Source of the DNA: the human T2T-CHM13v2.0 reference genome, Homo sapiens
Length of the DNA stretch: 64,000 bases
Strand: one strand, 5' to 3'
Assembly: GCF_009914755.1 (NCBI RefSeq)
Contig: NC_060927.1
This document shows positions 13,095 through 26,189 of the stretch, in pieces. Position 1 is the stretch's first letter. Each line of letters opens with the position of its first letter. Both the position numbers and the translations under genes were made by a program. The notes below the pieces were generated by a model. It was not told where the DNA came from and did no database searches. It worked only from the letters and a program-made list of their open reading frames with translations.

Positions 13095-15704
13095 TGATAC
13101 TGTATGAATATATGCTGCACTCAAATCTCATGTTGAATTGTAATCCCCAGTGTTGGAGTTTGGGGCTGGTGGGAGGTGTTCGTATCATGGGGGTGTATCC
13201 CTCATGAAAGGCCTTAGCCCATCCCCTTTGGGATAAGTGAGCCCTTACTCTGTGTTCTAGCAAGATCTCGTCATTTGAAAGTGTGTGGCAGCTCCTGCCC
13301 ACTGCCCCCTCTCTCTCTTGCTCTCTTCTCGCCATGTGATGTGCCTGCTCCCGCTTTGCCTTCTGTCATGATTGGAAAGTTCCTGAGGCTTCCGCAGAAG
13401 CAGATGCCACCCACTATGCTTCTTGTACAGCCTACAGAAACACAAGCCAATTAAATTTCTTTTCTTATAAATTACTTAGTCCCAGCTATTTCTTTATAGC
13501 AATGCAAGACTGGCCTAATACAGAAAATTGGTACTGAGAAGTGGGGCATTATAAAGATAACTGAAAATATGGAAGGAACTTTGAAACTGCGTAATGGTCA
13601 GAGGTTGGAAGAGTTTAGAGGACTCAGAAGAAGATAGAGAGATGAAGGGGAGTTTGGGACTTCTTAGATACTGGTTAAATGACTGTGACCAAAATGCTGG
13701 TAGTGATATGAACAGTGAAGTCCAGGCTGAGGTGGTCTCAAATGGAAATGAGGAAGTTATTGGGAACTGGAGCAAAGATCATGTGTGTTATGCCTTTGCA
13801 AAGAACTTGGCTGCATTGTGTCCATGCCTTACGGATTTGTGGAAGTTTGAACTTGAGAGTGATGGCCTAGGGCATCTGGAGGAAGAAATTTCTAAGCAGT
13901 AAAGTGTTCAAGATGTGGCTTGGTTGTTTCTAACATCTTAAGCTCATATGCAGGAGCAGAGAAATGACTTAACTTGGAATTTATGTTTAAACAGGAAGCA
14001 GAGCAAAACCATTTAGAAAATTTGCAGCATGGCCATGTGGCAGAGAAATGAAGTTTTTTGGGGGAGGAAAAGCAGGCTGTGGAGCAACCAACCTGAGAAA
14101 TTTGCATAACTAAAAAGGAGCCAAGTGCTAATAGCCAAGACAATGGGGAAAGGCCTCAAAGGCATTTCAGAGACCTATGAAGTAGCCCTCCTATCACAGG
14201 CCCAGAGGCCTAGGAGGGGAGAATGGTTTCATGGGCAAGGCCCAGGCCTTGCTGCCCTGCATAGCCTTGGGACACTACTCTTCACATGCTGGCTGTTTCA
14301 GTTCCAGCCATGACTCAAAGAGGGCCAGGTACAGCTTGGGCTGCCACTTTGGAGAATGCAAGCTATAAGCCTTGGCAGCTTGCACGTGGTATTAAGCCTG
14401 TGGGTGCACAGAATACAAGACTGAAAAACACTTGGCAGCATCTGTGTAGATTTCAGAGGATATATGAGTGAAAGCCTGTGTGACCAGGTAGAAGCCTGCT
14501 ACAAGGTTGAAGCCCTTACCAAGGGCAATGACAACAGGAAATGTGGGGTTGTAATATCCACACAGGGTTCCCAATGGGGCACTGCCTAGTGAAGCTGTGA
14601 AAAGGGGCCACCATCCTCCAGACCTGAGAATGTTAGCTCCACCAACAGCTTGCACCCTGCACCTGGAAAAGCTACAGGCACTCAAATCCATCCTGTAAGA
14701 GCATCCTCAGGGGCTAAACCCTTCAAAGCCACAGGGGTGGAGCTGCCCAGCTCATTGGGGGCCCACCCCTTGCAGCAGTGTGTCCTCTATGTGGGATATA
14801 GGGTATAAGATTATTTTGGAGCTTTAAGATTCAATGACAGCCCTGCTGGATTTTGAACTTGCATGGGGCCTGTAACCTATTTCTTTTGGCCAATTTTTTC
14901 TCTTTGGAATGGGAATGTTTACCCAAAGACTATACCCCCTTTGTATCTTGAAAGTAACCAACTTGTTTTTTATTTTACATGCTCATAGGTAGAAAGAATT
15001 TTCTGTGTCTCAGTTGAGACTTTGAACTTTTGAGTTAATGCTGGAATGAGTTAAGATTTTTCAGGGACTACAGCTACTCAGGAAGCTGAGGCAGGAGAAT
15101 GGCACGAACCCAGGAGGCAGAGCTTGCAGTGAGCCAAGATCACGCCACTGCACTCCAGCCTGGGTGACAGAGTGAGACTCCGTCTCAAAAAAAAAAAAAA
15201 AAAAAAAACATTTTGCAGGGACTATTGAGAAGGTATGATCGTATTTTGCCATGTAAGAAGGACATGAGATTTGGGAGGGGACAGGGGCAGGACAATATGG
15301 TTTGAATATATGTCCCCACCCAAACCTATTATTGAATTATAATCTCCAATGTTGGAAGTGAGCCTGGTGAGGGTGTTTGGATCATGGGGGTGTATCCCTC
15401 ATGAATGGCTTAGCCCATCCCCTTTGAGATAAGTGAGCCCTCACTCTGAGTTCTCATGAGATCTGATTATTTATAAGTGTGTGGCATCCTCCTCTCCATT
15501 CTCTCTTTTGCTCTGTTCTTGTCACGTGATGTGCCTACTGCCTCTTTGCCTTCTGCCATGAGTGGAAGCTTTCTGAGGCTGCCCCAGAAGCAGATATCAC
15601 TATGTTTCCTGTAAAACCTGTAAAATCATGAGCCAACTAAATCTATTTTCTTATAAATTACCTAGTCACAGATATTTATAGCAATGCAAGAATGGCCTAA
15701 TACA
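13095..15704 (+). mobile_element. Complete MaLR element, MSTB-like: LTR (13095-13522), internal region, LTR (15293-15704)
   Basis: Two homologous LTRs both ending GGCCTAATACA. Internal region starts GAAAATTGGTACTGAGAAGTGGGG. Polypurine tract precedes the 3' LTR. TSD ACAAT/ACAAC (13090-13094 / 15705-15709). Confidence 0.9.
15071..15206 (+). mobile_element. 5'-truncated AluY (right arm only) nested in the MST internal region
   Basis: GAGAATGGCACGAACCC...AGCTTGCAGTGAG plus poly(A). 18-bp TSD with 2 mismatches at 15053-15070 / 15207-15224. Confidence 0.9.
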
Positions 15705-15810
15705 ACAACCATTGCTGAGATTGTCATAATGTTCAGGTAGTCCTACCAGATAGTGAGGCTCAGGCTATTAGAATGACAGCATCATTTTTGTTTTTTAGAT
15801 TCACTTTTTA

Positions 15811-15941
15811 AATTTTTTTAAAAAAAAGACTAGGTCTCACTATGTTGCCCAGACTGGTTTCAAACTCCTGGCTTTAAGCAATCCTCTTGCCTTAGCCTCC
15901 AAAAGTGCTGGGATTGCAAGCAAGAGCAACCATACCTAGCC
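15811..15941 (-). mobile_element. FLAM-type Alu left monomer
   Basis: GGTCTCACTATGTTGCCCAGACTGG...AAGTGCTGGGATTGCA. 15-bp TSD TAG(A/G)TTCACTTTTTA at 15796-15810 / 15942-15956. Confidence 0.85.
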
Positions 15942-15956
15942 TAGGTTCACTTTTTA

Positions 15957-16170
15957 TAGGAGAGTACACAGATATAACAATACATTTTCATGAGAGCTGG
16001 TCAATGTGTTCTCCTGGGAAATCATCATCCCTATAAAGATATCGAACATTTCTATCACCCCACAGAGTTCCCTCATTCCTCCTTCTAGTGAATCCACAAT
16101 GCCACCTACGCAATTATAATATTTGCAACGATAAATTAGTTTTCCCTTGTCTACAGTAAACAACTCTGTA
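15957..16170 (-). mobile_element. Old L1M 3'-end fragment
   Basis: AAGATATCGAACATTTCTATCACCCCACAGAGTTCCCTCAT is typical of antisense L1ME/L1MB 3' ends. Confidence 0.6.
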
Positions 16171-17559
16171 TGAATAAATACACATACGTAGATACACATG
16201 GTACCTTGGCAATGCCCATTTTTTCAGCTTTTTAAATGCTCCATTCTCTCCAGCCTTCTATGTCATTGCATAGTCATTTGCATTGACATTTTTCCCCATT
16301 TGTATGTAGAATTATTCCTTGTGTATAGAATAACTGTCATAGTTAATTTATTGGGAAGTGTACCTTGTCAAGACAGAGTTAGAAGATTCCTGTATTTTTT
16401 TTTTTGCATATTGGGATGAAAAAATTATTATTACTGTTCTAGAATTTATTAACAGCTGTTTTTAAAGTTGAATTTTATTTTTAATTCATTGTAACATGCA
16501 AATTTCTATTTTATAAAATAGAGTAAATACAATTAACAACTATAATTCAAATTTGTAGAATTATGTACAGCTCTGAGTTAGACACCTGAGTTCTAAATCC
16601 AACTCTATGAGTAAGAATGTAGTACAAGATTGTGTCATATATGACAAACCAGTTAAAATGTGGCATATCTTCTTCAAAGAACAAAATAAAAAGCACATTC
16701 TATGCATTTTAAGTGTATTTCAATGGTTTTTGATATCAATATTTTAATTTTAAATGTTGAGAATTTTTTAGATGAAGAGTCTGAAAAGTTAAATTGTTCA
16801 AAGACGCAGTTTTCCTTTAGAAGAAAGTGAATTGCAAGCCACTACTCTTTGACCCCATTTCCTTATCCTTCTTCAAAATAAAGAAAATTCTATAATGTGA
16901 AGGAATGCAGGGCAGTAGGCAATGCTGTTTTATAATTCTGTAGCATCTAGTTAAGTGCTGGAACTTTAGTATACAAAAGTTTATTTTGATCGAATATTTT
17001 CACTTCCAGAATTAAATAAGCAACACTGCTAATAAGTATGAGTCTTGGCTATATTAACTTGTGACCTATAAAGAAATTCATCTTGTGAAAAGTTGTGGGA
17101 TGTCTTAATCTCTTAATTTTATGGCCTCCTTGTCATGGTCTTTCCCAGGACCATTGCCTCCTCTGTACCTGTACCAGTACTCTAGCTAAACTCTGGACCT
17201 TGAAGTCCGTTAGTTCTGAGGTGGAGCAGGTTCTCAGTAATGAATACAGCTTCCGAAATCAGAGTCCTTTGCCTCTTAGCTCAATGTATACAAATCAGGC
17301 CTCTCAACACTCCCTCAGAGCCTGTGGATGAACAGCCTCAAAGTTAGAGCCACATAGTCAATTTAGACAGAAAAGAGTTTCTTCCAGAAAAGGAAGAGGC
17401 TCTCCATCTGCCAGAGCTCTCAGAACTGAAATCCACCCAGGCTGTAGTCAACTGTTAATACTCTCTTTCCATCAAACAATAAATAGCCCTGACCATCTGG
17501 GCAACTTGTCAGGACCTCACAATCCTGGTCAACCCAGTAACGTTTAGCTTTGTTTCATT

Positions 17560-20380
17560 TATATCTTCATGTGCCACTTCTTACAAAACTTTTTAAAACC
17601 TATGTACCCCAGTTTCCAAGTCCCATATTTTATAATCTCTTACTGTCCTGATTCATCATAGTGGCTGATGTTTTTTTAACTACCTGGGTCCATATTACCA
17701 TTTTTGAAGACTTAAACAGCTAGGTTATCTTCTTCTACTCATTATTAGCCAGTTTTGCTATCATTCTGGGTAATTTAATGTTTGTGTAAAATACCTATAC
17801 GTACTCCTAATCTCTCAATTTCTTTAACATCCTTTTTATTTTCTCCCCAACATCATGACCTGCACCACACTAGAATTAGTACTCCTACAGCAGCTCCCTT
17901 TATTTTTTAACAAATGTTGGAAAGATTAGCTTTTGGAACTCTGAGATGAAATAGTTTTAAGTGATGAAAATTCCTATACTTTCAATTATCTACTCAGTTA
18001 TGCTCATTACACATGTTTCAGGTAAATAAGAAAGTGAATGTGAGAAAAAGGTAAGGAAAGGGAGTAGAAGCCTTCATGAAGTCAGCTTTCACAGTTCAGC
18101 ATCACTTAGTCTATGTTATAGACTAAGATAAATATTTCTTGCAAATATATTTCACTTGAGTTTCATATTGCTACCAGAGAAATATTTTAAACAGTCATTT
18201 TCTTCTTTCTCCCCATATATAAACATTTATTTACAATTATTTAAGTGATTAAATATGTTAATAATATTAAATAGCAGTTATTAAAATATTAAAAGATTAC
18301 TCCAATATGAAATAGAAATACAAATTTTGAAATGTTCTTGCAACACCGCAATAAATCAACCCCACGTTGGAGATTGCATTCTATTTTGTGCCCCATTTCT
18401 CTTACAGTCAACCCATCTGAAAACCCCTAATTCTGAATCAAACAAACCACTTGTTCATCTTCTCTGTACCTATACCCAGGCTGTGGAGGTCTGGTAGACT
18501 AAGAACCACCAATTTTGGTTTTTATTATAAATATGTGTTCTCCATTTGAACTGAGTGCTCAGTGCCACCAATTAATCTGTTTCTTTCCATAGTTAGCTCT
18601 CCCTCATCTTCCACAGCTAGGAATTCAATGCTTTCCCACTCTCTAACTGCTAACCTTCCTGTCTCCTCACTTTTATTCTCACTAAATGACTTCATTTTAG
18701 TTTTCAGAGTATATAGAAATGATCAAATAAATTCCTTCAACTCTCTGCCACTTTATCTATAACATGTTTCTGAGCCCCCTTTTTTTCCTTCCCGTCATTA
18801 GAAAAGATTGTTCAAGACAGTCTCAATTTATGCATATCGTCCCAGAGTAATTATTAACAGTACCTCCTTCCATTATTAAAATGTTAGCCCTAATTATACT
18901 GGAAGCCCTGCTTGTCTAACTTCTGATCTCTAATATCATCAGGGTACTACCCTTTTTCCGTTTATTACATTTTACTCTATTTTTCTTATATCTTCAAACT
19001 TCTATTCTCTTCTGGTCTGCTCGTCTAACTTCTGATCTCTAATATCATCAGGGTACTTCCCTTTTACTGTTTATTATATTTTACTATATTTTTCTTATAT
19101 CTTCAAACTTCTCTTCTGATTTTCTTCCATCAATGTTTATGTTTATTTCATAGTAAAAAATAAAGCACTTTATACCACAGTTTTCTTCACTACATCTCTT
19201 ACTCAGCCTGCACTTAAAAGAGTTAATGACATTTGCTTTTTTCACTTTCCTGCCACTCATTATTACTTATTAACCCATCGCAATTGAGATTTTGCACCAC
19301 AGCACTGCACTGAAACTGTTTTTGTCAAGTATGAATGACTTAACTGAATCTACTGACATTTGTCCCTTTTGCTATGTGACCTCTATCCCCCATGCCTTCT
19401 TTCTTGAAAATAAGACACTACACCCTTCTGGTTTTCCTCTACTTTGATAGTGATTGCTTATTTTTTTTTCATGAGTTCTTCTTTTTCTGCTCATCCCTTA
19501 AATGTTAATATTTCCTATGGTTTCTATGTCCCCCTTTCTTCTTACCCTCTCATATTTCTTGGGCTACTTAATCTACTCATATGGACACAGTTACCATATA
19601 TATGCTGTTGATTTGAAAACATACAACCTAGATATTCTGCTAGATCACTCTAGGATCTAGATATAGATCTCTCTCCTCATCTCCAGACTCTGACATCCAA
19701 TTGCCAGTCAGACATATTCTCTTGGATGGTATTTTTTCATCCAGAACCTGACACATACAATCTTGTGTGATCCCTTTCTCCTTTCCTTCCGTTATCCCCA
19801 CAGTTCTCCAATCCATTCATCTTCCTGTATTCCCAGATGTCCAATCCTGAAACCTGAGAAATGTAACTGTTTCATCATGTTCCCTTACCCTATTGCACCC
19901 CTTAGCCAATCACTCCACAATTTTTTAAATTCTATCTGATTAACAGATCTCAGATATTTTCGCTTATCACCATCTTCACAACCCCTATGATAGGCTAAGT
20001 GACCACCATAGTTCCTTAGATTATTCTAACAGTTCCTTAAATACCACCCCCATCTGCAGCCGGAGAAATATTTATAAACACCAATCTCACAACCTTCCTG
20101 TAACACAACTGTTACAAACACTTTAGTAGTTTCTCACTCCCGTACCTAATAGGCTTAGAATGCCTGCAGGACTCTGCCCTTCTAGCCTCATCTTTTATTA
20201 CCTTTCCTGTTTATTTCAGATGAATGAAACAACTTTTACTTCCCGCATGAATTGTGCTCTCTGTAAATTTGTGTCCTTTTCACATACTGTTTTTTCAGTT
20301 GAAAACCTCAAAATCTCAGATTACATATAAACTCTTTGAGAAAGCTGTTTCTGATTCTACATATAGCATTATTTCTATGT
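17560..20380 (+). mobile_element. Fragmented L2 LINE (decayed ORF2 and 3' region)
   Basis: TCATTCTGGGTAATTTAATG (ILGDFN-like endonuclease motif, about 17761) and TTTTGCACCACAGCACTGCACTGAAACTG (GFRPHHSTETAL-like RT motif, about 19290). Pyrimidine-rich throughout, with non-L2 interruptions. Confidence 0.65.
18908..19118. repeat. Two-copy tandem duplication, period 109 bp
   Basis: CTGCT(T/C)GTCTAACTTCTGATCTCTAATATCATCAGGGTACT... begins at 18908 and again at 19017. Confidence 0.95.
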
Positions 20381-20427
20381 ACTTTTCCTATAATTTGGAG
20401 AAATGGGACAAATCAGAGACTTTATAA

Positions 20428-20481
20428 ATATATATATATATAGAGAGAGAGACTTCTTTATATATATAAAGTGTATATATA

Positions 20482-20533
<52 letters not shown>
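20428..20533. repeat. Compound (TA)n/(GA)n/(TG)n microsatellite with a long pure (TA)n
   Basis: Uninterrupted TA run at about 20490-20533. Confidence 0.95.
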
Positions 20534-20537
<4 letters not shown>

Positions 20538-22294
20538 CACATTTATAACTACATGCATAGGATTTGTGTGGTATCCAGGAATGCAATGCAGGAGGGAAAA
20601 ATATATATATATATTTGTGTTCCCTACCATATCTTTCTGATACGTCACTAATTCAAGATCGTGTGACTGAAAATGCAAAGAAACTAAGGGGATTTATATT
20701 ATAACTAACATCAAACAGCAAAAATTAAGAATTAATAATAGGCATTTCTGCATTTTAAAGTCCCTCACTTGTATACACTACTAGAGAAATTGCTCATCTC
20801 TTCAAAAGTTCTAATCCCCTCCAATATCCTCAAGCCCTCCTTCAACCCCATTAGCTTTCTCTTCTTTCAGTTATCTAATTATTCATTTTTATAGAGATTA
20901 CTTTAATTGTCTCTGAATCTGAGCCAATTCTAGTCATGATTTGAAGGTTATCTCTCCATAAGACATTTTGCTAAGAAAAATAGCTTACTTTTTTAAAATA
21001 AATTTTTTTAAAAATGAAAAAATTGTGTTACTAATGGTAATGTTAGGTTAATATTTCTTTTTCTCTAAACTGCTCATCTGTATTTCCTACATAAAGATAA
21101 ACTACTTCAGAGCAGAATCCACGTCATGTTTTGCCATCGTCTCACTAGTAACTTCTCAGTGTCTGGCCTATTTTAACTTTAAATATATATTTGTGTAGTA
21201 AACTTTAAAAACCTTAAAAATATTAATACTAAGGCAAAGTTACTATAGTACAATAAATGAATAAATAGTTTCTTAACTTTTAAAATTTTTTCTTTGATGA
21301 CACAACTTAGACAATCTAACATTTCCAAGCATTTGTCTCAGGGAGTCATCTTTAAGGTTCACTGAGAACCATAAAAGGGTAGGATGATAAGCTCTGATAA
21401 CAGAGAAGAATGATACGTGTCTATGTATTACTCTTGCTGTTTAGTCCTAGACTAAAATGGCATGAATGTAAACATTTTTTTTAAATTGCTCTATTAAGAA
21501 TATTAATGCCCACTCAAGACTGTGAGCATTCTGATGGTCAATGATAAGTTCTGCAGACCATTTTACCCAATTATTATTTCTTCCTACCTCTGTAATTATA
21601 GCATATATACCTGCCACAGTAGTTCCTTCTAATTGTGGGATAAATAGTTCTTCAAAGGTACAAATAGCTAATCATAATTTGTAACCACATTGACTGTGTT
21701 TGAGCTGGAAATATAGTTATTTTAATGTTTTATCCAGAAGGACCCTTGGAGTATAATTTAGATTTTGAATATCTTAAATGTTGCCTGTAATACAACCTAT
21801 TATAATGGCTTATTTTGTTATTATCTCAGAATGACGCTAGAATATTATACTATTTAGAATTTTAGTTTTATAATTACTCACATTTTATATTACTTTTAAT
21901 ATTATGTGTATTTTTCATAATAATTCATTTTTGTTTACGTTTTTATGAATTACTTTCATAGATTTAAAATAAAAACAGTTTCTTATTGTTTTCAAATTTA
22001 TCTTTTACTTTAGTTTTTAAGATTTGGTTCAATATTTCTTAATGATAGCAACTTATAAATATTTCTGGAAATTTGTTTCAAAGTTGCAATATGGCCTGGT
22101 CTATACAGCTAAATTTGCATAATGTAAACAATATTACAGTGATTCATATTCTATCAGTGGAATTTCTTATGTTTCAGGAGAACAATGACATTCACAATAA
22201 TAAAATGTTCCCAATGGTTTTCTGTCAAAGAAACCAATAATGTCTAAGAAATTTGGTAATTTCATCAAAATGTACACACTTTTTTTTTAGGGAT

Positions 22295-22834
22295 TGTGAT
22301 ATCTAATTTTAACTTCACTTGGGTAAAGAATGCCCAGATGGGTAGTAAAGAATTGTTTTGAGGTGTGTTTGTGGAGGGTTTCCAGAAAATATTAGCAGTC
22401 GAATCTGTAGATTTAGTAAAAAAGATCTGCCCTCATCAATGTAGGTGGGTATTATCCAATCGGTTTAGGGCCTGAAGATAAGAATAAAAAGACAGAGGAA
22501 GGGAAAAGTTTCTTTTCTTCTTGAGCTGGGACATCCATTTTTTCCTACTCTTGGACATCAGACCTTCTGGTTCCTGGGACTTTGGACTCTCCCCACTTCC
22601 TATTCTCAGATCTTTGGCCTTAGGCTGAGGGATTACGCTATCATTCCCCTGGTCCTCAGGACTTCACACTCAGACTGAATTACACCACTGGCATTCCTGG
22701 TTCTACAGCTTGCAGATGGCATATTGTGGGACTTGCTGGCCTCCATGGTTGTATAAGCTAAATTATATAATAAATATTATCTTATGTATCTATTTATCCT
22801 ATTGTTATTGCTCTGGAGAACCCTGGCTGAAACA
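22295..22834 (+). mobile_element. ERVL solo LTR (MLT2B/D-like)
   Basis: TGTGAT start; GATCTGCCCTCATCAATGTAGGTGGGTATTATCCAATC; ends CTCTGGAGAACCCTGGCTGAAACA. Confidence 0.85.
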
Positions 22835-22899
22835 GTGGTCATATTTACTTCTATCTTTATGTAGTAGTACACAACAGTATCTTGTTTCAGTGAAAAAGC

Positions 22900-24099
22900 A
22901 TAAAGTTTTACAGTGTCTTCAATAAATGGTTTTAGGACAACTGGATATCCACATGCAGAAGAATTAAATTAGATCTTCATCTTACGCCATCTACAAAAAT
23001 CAACACAAAATGGATTAAAGACTTAAACATAAAACCTGGAACTGTAAAATTACTGGAAGAAAACATAGGGGAAAAGCTCTGTAACATTTTTCTGGGCGAT
23101 AATTATTCGAACATGAACCAAAAAGCACAGGTAACATATCTGAATAGACATTTCTCAAAGGAAGAGATACAAATGGGCAACAAGTATCTGAAAAAGCTGC
23201 TCAAAAATCACTAACCATCAGAAAAATGCAAATTAAAACCTCAATGAGATATCACCTCCCGCCTGTTAGGTACCGCTTTTTAGAATGACTATTATCAAAA
23301 AGATGAAAGATTATGTGTTAGGATACAGGAAAAAGAAAACCCTTGCACACTGTTGGTGAAAACATAAATGACTACAACGATTATGGAAAGTTATATAATG
23401 TTTCCTCAAAAAATTAAATATAAAACTCCCATATGATCAAACAATCCTTCTATTGGGTATATATCCAAAGGATTTAGAATTACATATCAAAGAGACACTT
23501 GCACTCCTGTATTCATTGCAGCATTATTTATAATAGCCAAGATATGGAAACAACCTACGTGTCCATGAATGAATGAATGAAGAAAACGTGGTATATATAT
23601 ATGTATACAATGGAATTCTATTGCCGCTTAAAAAAGAAGGAGTCTTGTCATTTGCAACAACATGAATAAACCTGGAGGACATTTTATTAAGTGACAAAAA
23701 ACAGGCACGAAAGACAAGTGCCATGCAATCTGACTTATATGTAGAATATTAAAAAGTTAAACTTGTAGAAATAGAGTAGAATGGTTGTTACCAAGAGCTG
23801 GGGCAGAGGGGTTTGGAGAGATGTTGGCTACAAAATTTCAGTAAGATAAGAGGAATAAATTCAAGAAATCTGTTGTACAACGTGGTTACTATAGTTAATG
23901 ATAATGTATTGTATTCTTAAAAATTGCTAAGAGTAGATTTTAAGTGTTCTCACCATACAAAAAAAATGTTAAATATGTGAATAATGCATATGTTAATTAG
24001 CTTAGTTTAGCCATTCCACAATGTATACATATGTCATACAACATGTTTTACACACTAGATACAATCAAGTAAATAAATAAGTTAAATTTAAAAAAAAAG
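22900..24099 (+). mobile_element. L1MA ORF2 3' part plus 3' UTR, with an internal deletion near 23136
   Basis: CTTCAATAAATGG...AACTGGATATCCACATGCAGAAG...TTAGCCATTCCACAATGTATACATAT and an A-rich tail. Confidence 0.9.
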
Positions 24100-25041
24100 T
24101 CTTAAAAATAAGTGAAACTTAATTATTTGAAACCCTAAGTTTAAACTTGCTGGCTATAAGAATTTATACAAGTTACTTAGCAGCTCTATGCACAAGCTAT
24201 CTCATTTATAAAGTCTGAAATACTTTGCCCTCCTGAAGACTTGAAAATCATATACATGAAACATTTACCAAATGCCTAGGACTGATTATATTATTATTTT
24301 TTTGCCAAAACAGAATAACTTTAGTTATTTCTTTCTTTCCCTACATCATATTCCATTGTCTCGGGTGGCATCCAGTAACTAGTTAAAATAACTCCAAGAT
24401 CCATAGCTCTCAGAGCTGCACATGGAGCCTGGGCTATGTTGTAATCATAGCAACTGTTTTCCAAATTTATAGCAAAGGAAATATCTTTAATACCCTTTCA
24501 TTTCAGTAACCACTCCACCTCCCTCCATCAACTGAAACAAATTCAAGTAGTAGTTCTTTTTTTTTTTTGCACGTTTTTCTATTACCTATGAATTAATATT
24601 GATCTTAGTAGATTCCAGATTCACTTTCAGTATCCTCAAACTCAAATTTGTTTCTTTACAGCGGACCTCCAATTTCAAAATGAAGTGGTTCATGAAGCAT
24701 TTTAAATTCTGAATGATAATTCTTAATTTGGTATTCTTTCGCCGGTCTTCAATATCTACAAAAGTATATATTGAAAATAGTATGTTTAAGGAAACAGAAT
24801 TTATTTGTTCAAGGTCATCATTGAGTTTTGGACACATGAATACTCCTTGAGCAATTTGATATATATTAATCGGGATGACCAGTTGATCAGCTGAAACACT
24901 AATAATGATAACAGGTTAATATATTCAAGAGTTTCCTATTATAAGCAAGGCTAAATAAAGAAATATAAATCAATAGCCATTTAAGCATAAGTAAACATTT
25001 GATATGATATACAGATCTTTTTTTACAAATTAGATATTATT

Positions 25042-25570
25042 TTTTATTTTATTATTATTATACTTTAAGTTTTAGGGTACATGTGCACAATGTGCAGTTT
25101 AGTTACATATGTATACATGTGCCATGCTGGTGTGCTACACCCATTAACTCGTCATTTAGCATTAGATATATCTCCTAAAGCTATCCCTCCCCCCTCCCCC
25201 CACCCCACAACAGTCCCCAGAGTGTGATGTTCCCCTTCCTGTGTCCATGTGTTCTCATTGTTCAATTCCCACCTATGAGTGAGAATATGCTGTGTTTGGT
25301 TTTTTGTTCTTGCATTAGTTTACTGAGAATGATGATTTCCAATTTCATCCATGTCCCTACAAAGGACATGAACTCATCATTTTTTATGGCTGCATAGTAT
25401 TCCATGGTGTATATGTGCCACATTTTCTTAATCCAGTCTATCATTGTTGGACATTTGGGTTGGTTCCAAGTCTTTGCTATTGTGAATAGTGCCACAATCA
25501 ACATACATGTGCATGTGTCTTTATAGCAGCATGATTTATAGTCCTTTGGGTATATACCCAGTAATGGGAT
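25042..25570 (-). mobile_element. 5'-truncated L1PA3-like 3' end
   Basis: ORF 25262-25504 is the ORF2p C-terminus (...[13 protein letters not shown]). 3' UTR has the GAG-type ancestral site. TSD GATATTATT at 25033-25041 / 25568-25576. Confidence 0.92.
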
Positions 25571-26189
25571 ATTATTAAAGGGACTTAAACCTTAATTTCA
25601 AGGAATACTACCTATTTTTAAATATGTGCTGTTTCTTAAAGCACTTTGCCTTTTTAGCAACCTACTCACTTCTTTGAAAATGTACAACTAACAACTTTGA
25701 ACTTATCAATGGGATAAAGGGTTAATTACATACATAGATTTACGTTCCTCTTTGATTGCAGAAAATTTTTATTTTATTTGGCTTACTTCAGGAGTAAAGC
25801 TTTCCTGTTCAATTATGTTAATTGTTGACCTTTTCTCTTGATTAAACCTGTATCCAATTACAATTGGAGACATATTTTATGTTTACCTAATATGGCACAC
25901 ATAAAGTCTAAATACAGAAATAAATGTCTTGTGTAGCTAGCATAAAATCTGGCACATAAAGAAGAGATTTTTCAACAAACAGCTCTATATTGCAACAGCC
26001 ATTGTTTCAGCACTCTAATTCAGTGCAACATAAAACTGAGAACTTTGAGAAATAGATAGAAATTACAATTGATCAAGAGCTCCAGGAACCAAAAAACTGA
26101 TTGATTTAATTGTTGAATATCCAATTCTAAGAGCTTTTAGGAATAAATTGTGAGAATACAGAATTGTCAGAGTTTGAGAGATAATATCA

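Noticed and set aside
13594-13902. 102-aa acidic ORF (GWKSLEDSEEDREM...)
   Set aside because: Decayed MaLR internal-region ORF remnant within the MST element.
20388-20678. ORFs rich in YI/IY repeats, and the 36466/36521 ORFs
   Set aside because: Artefacts of stop-free microsatellites.
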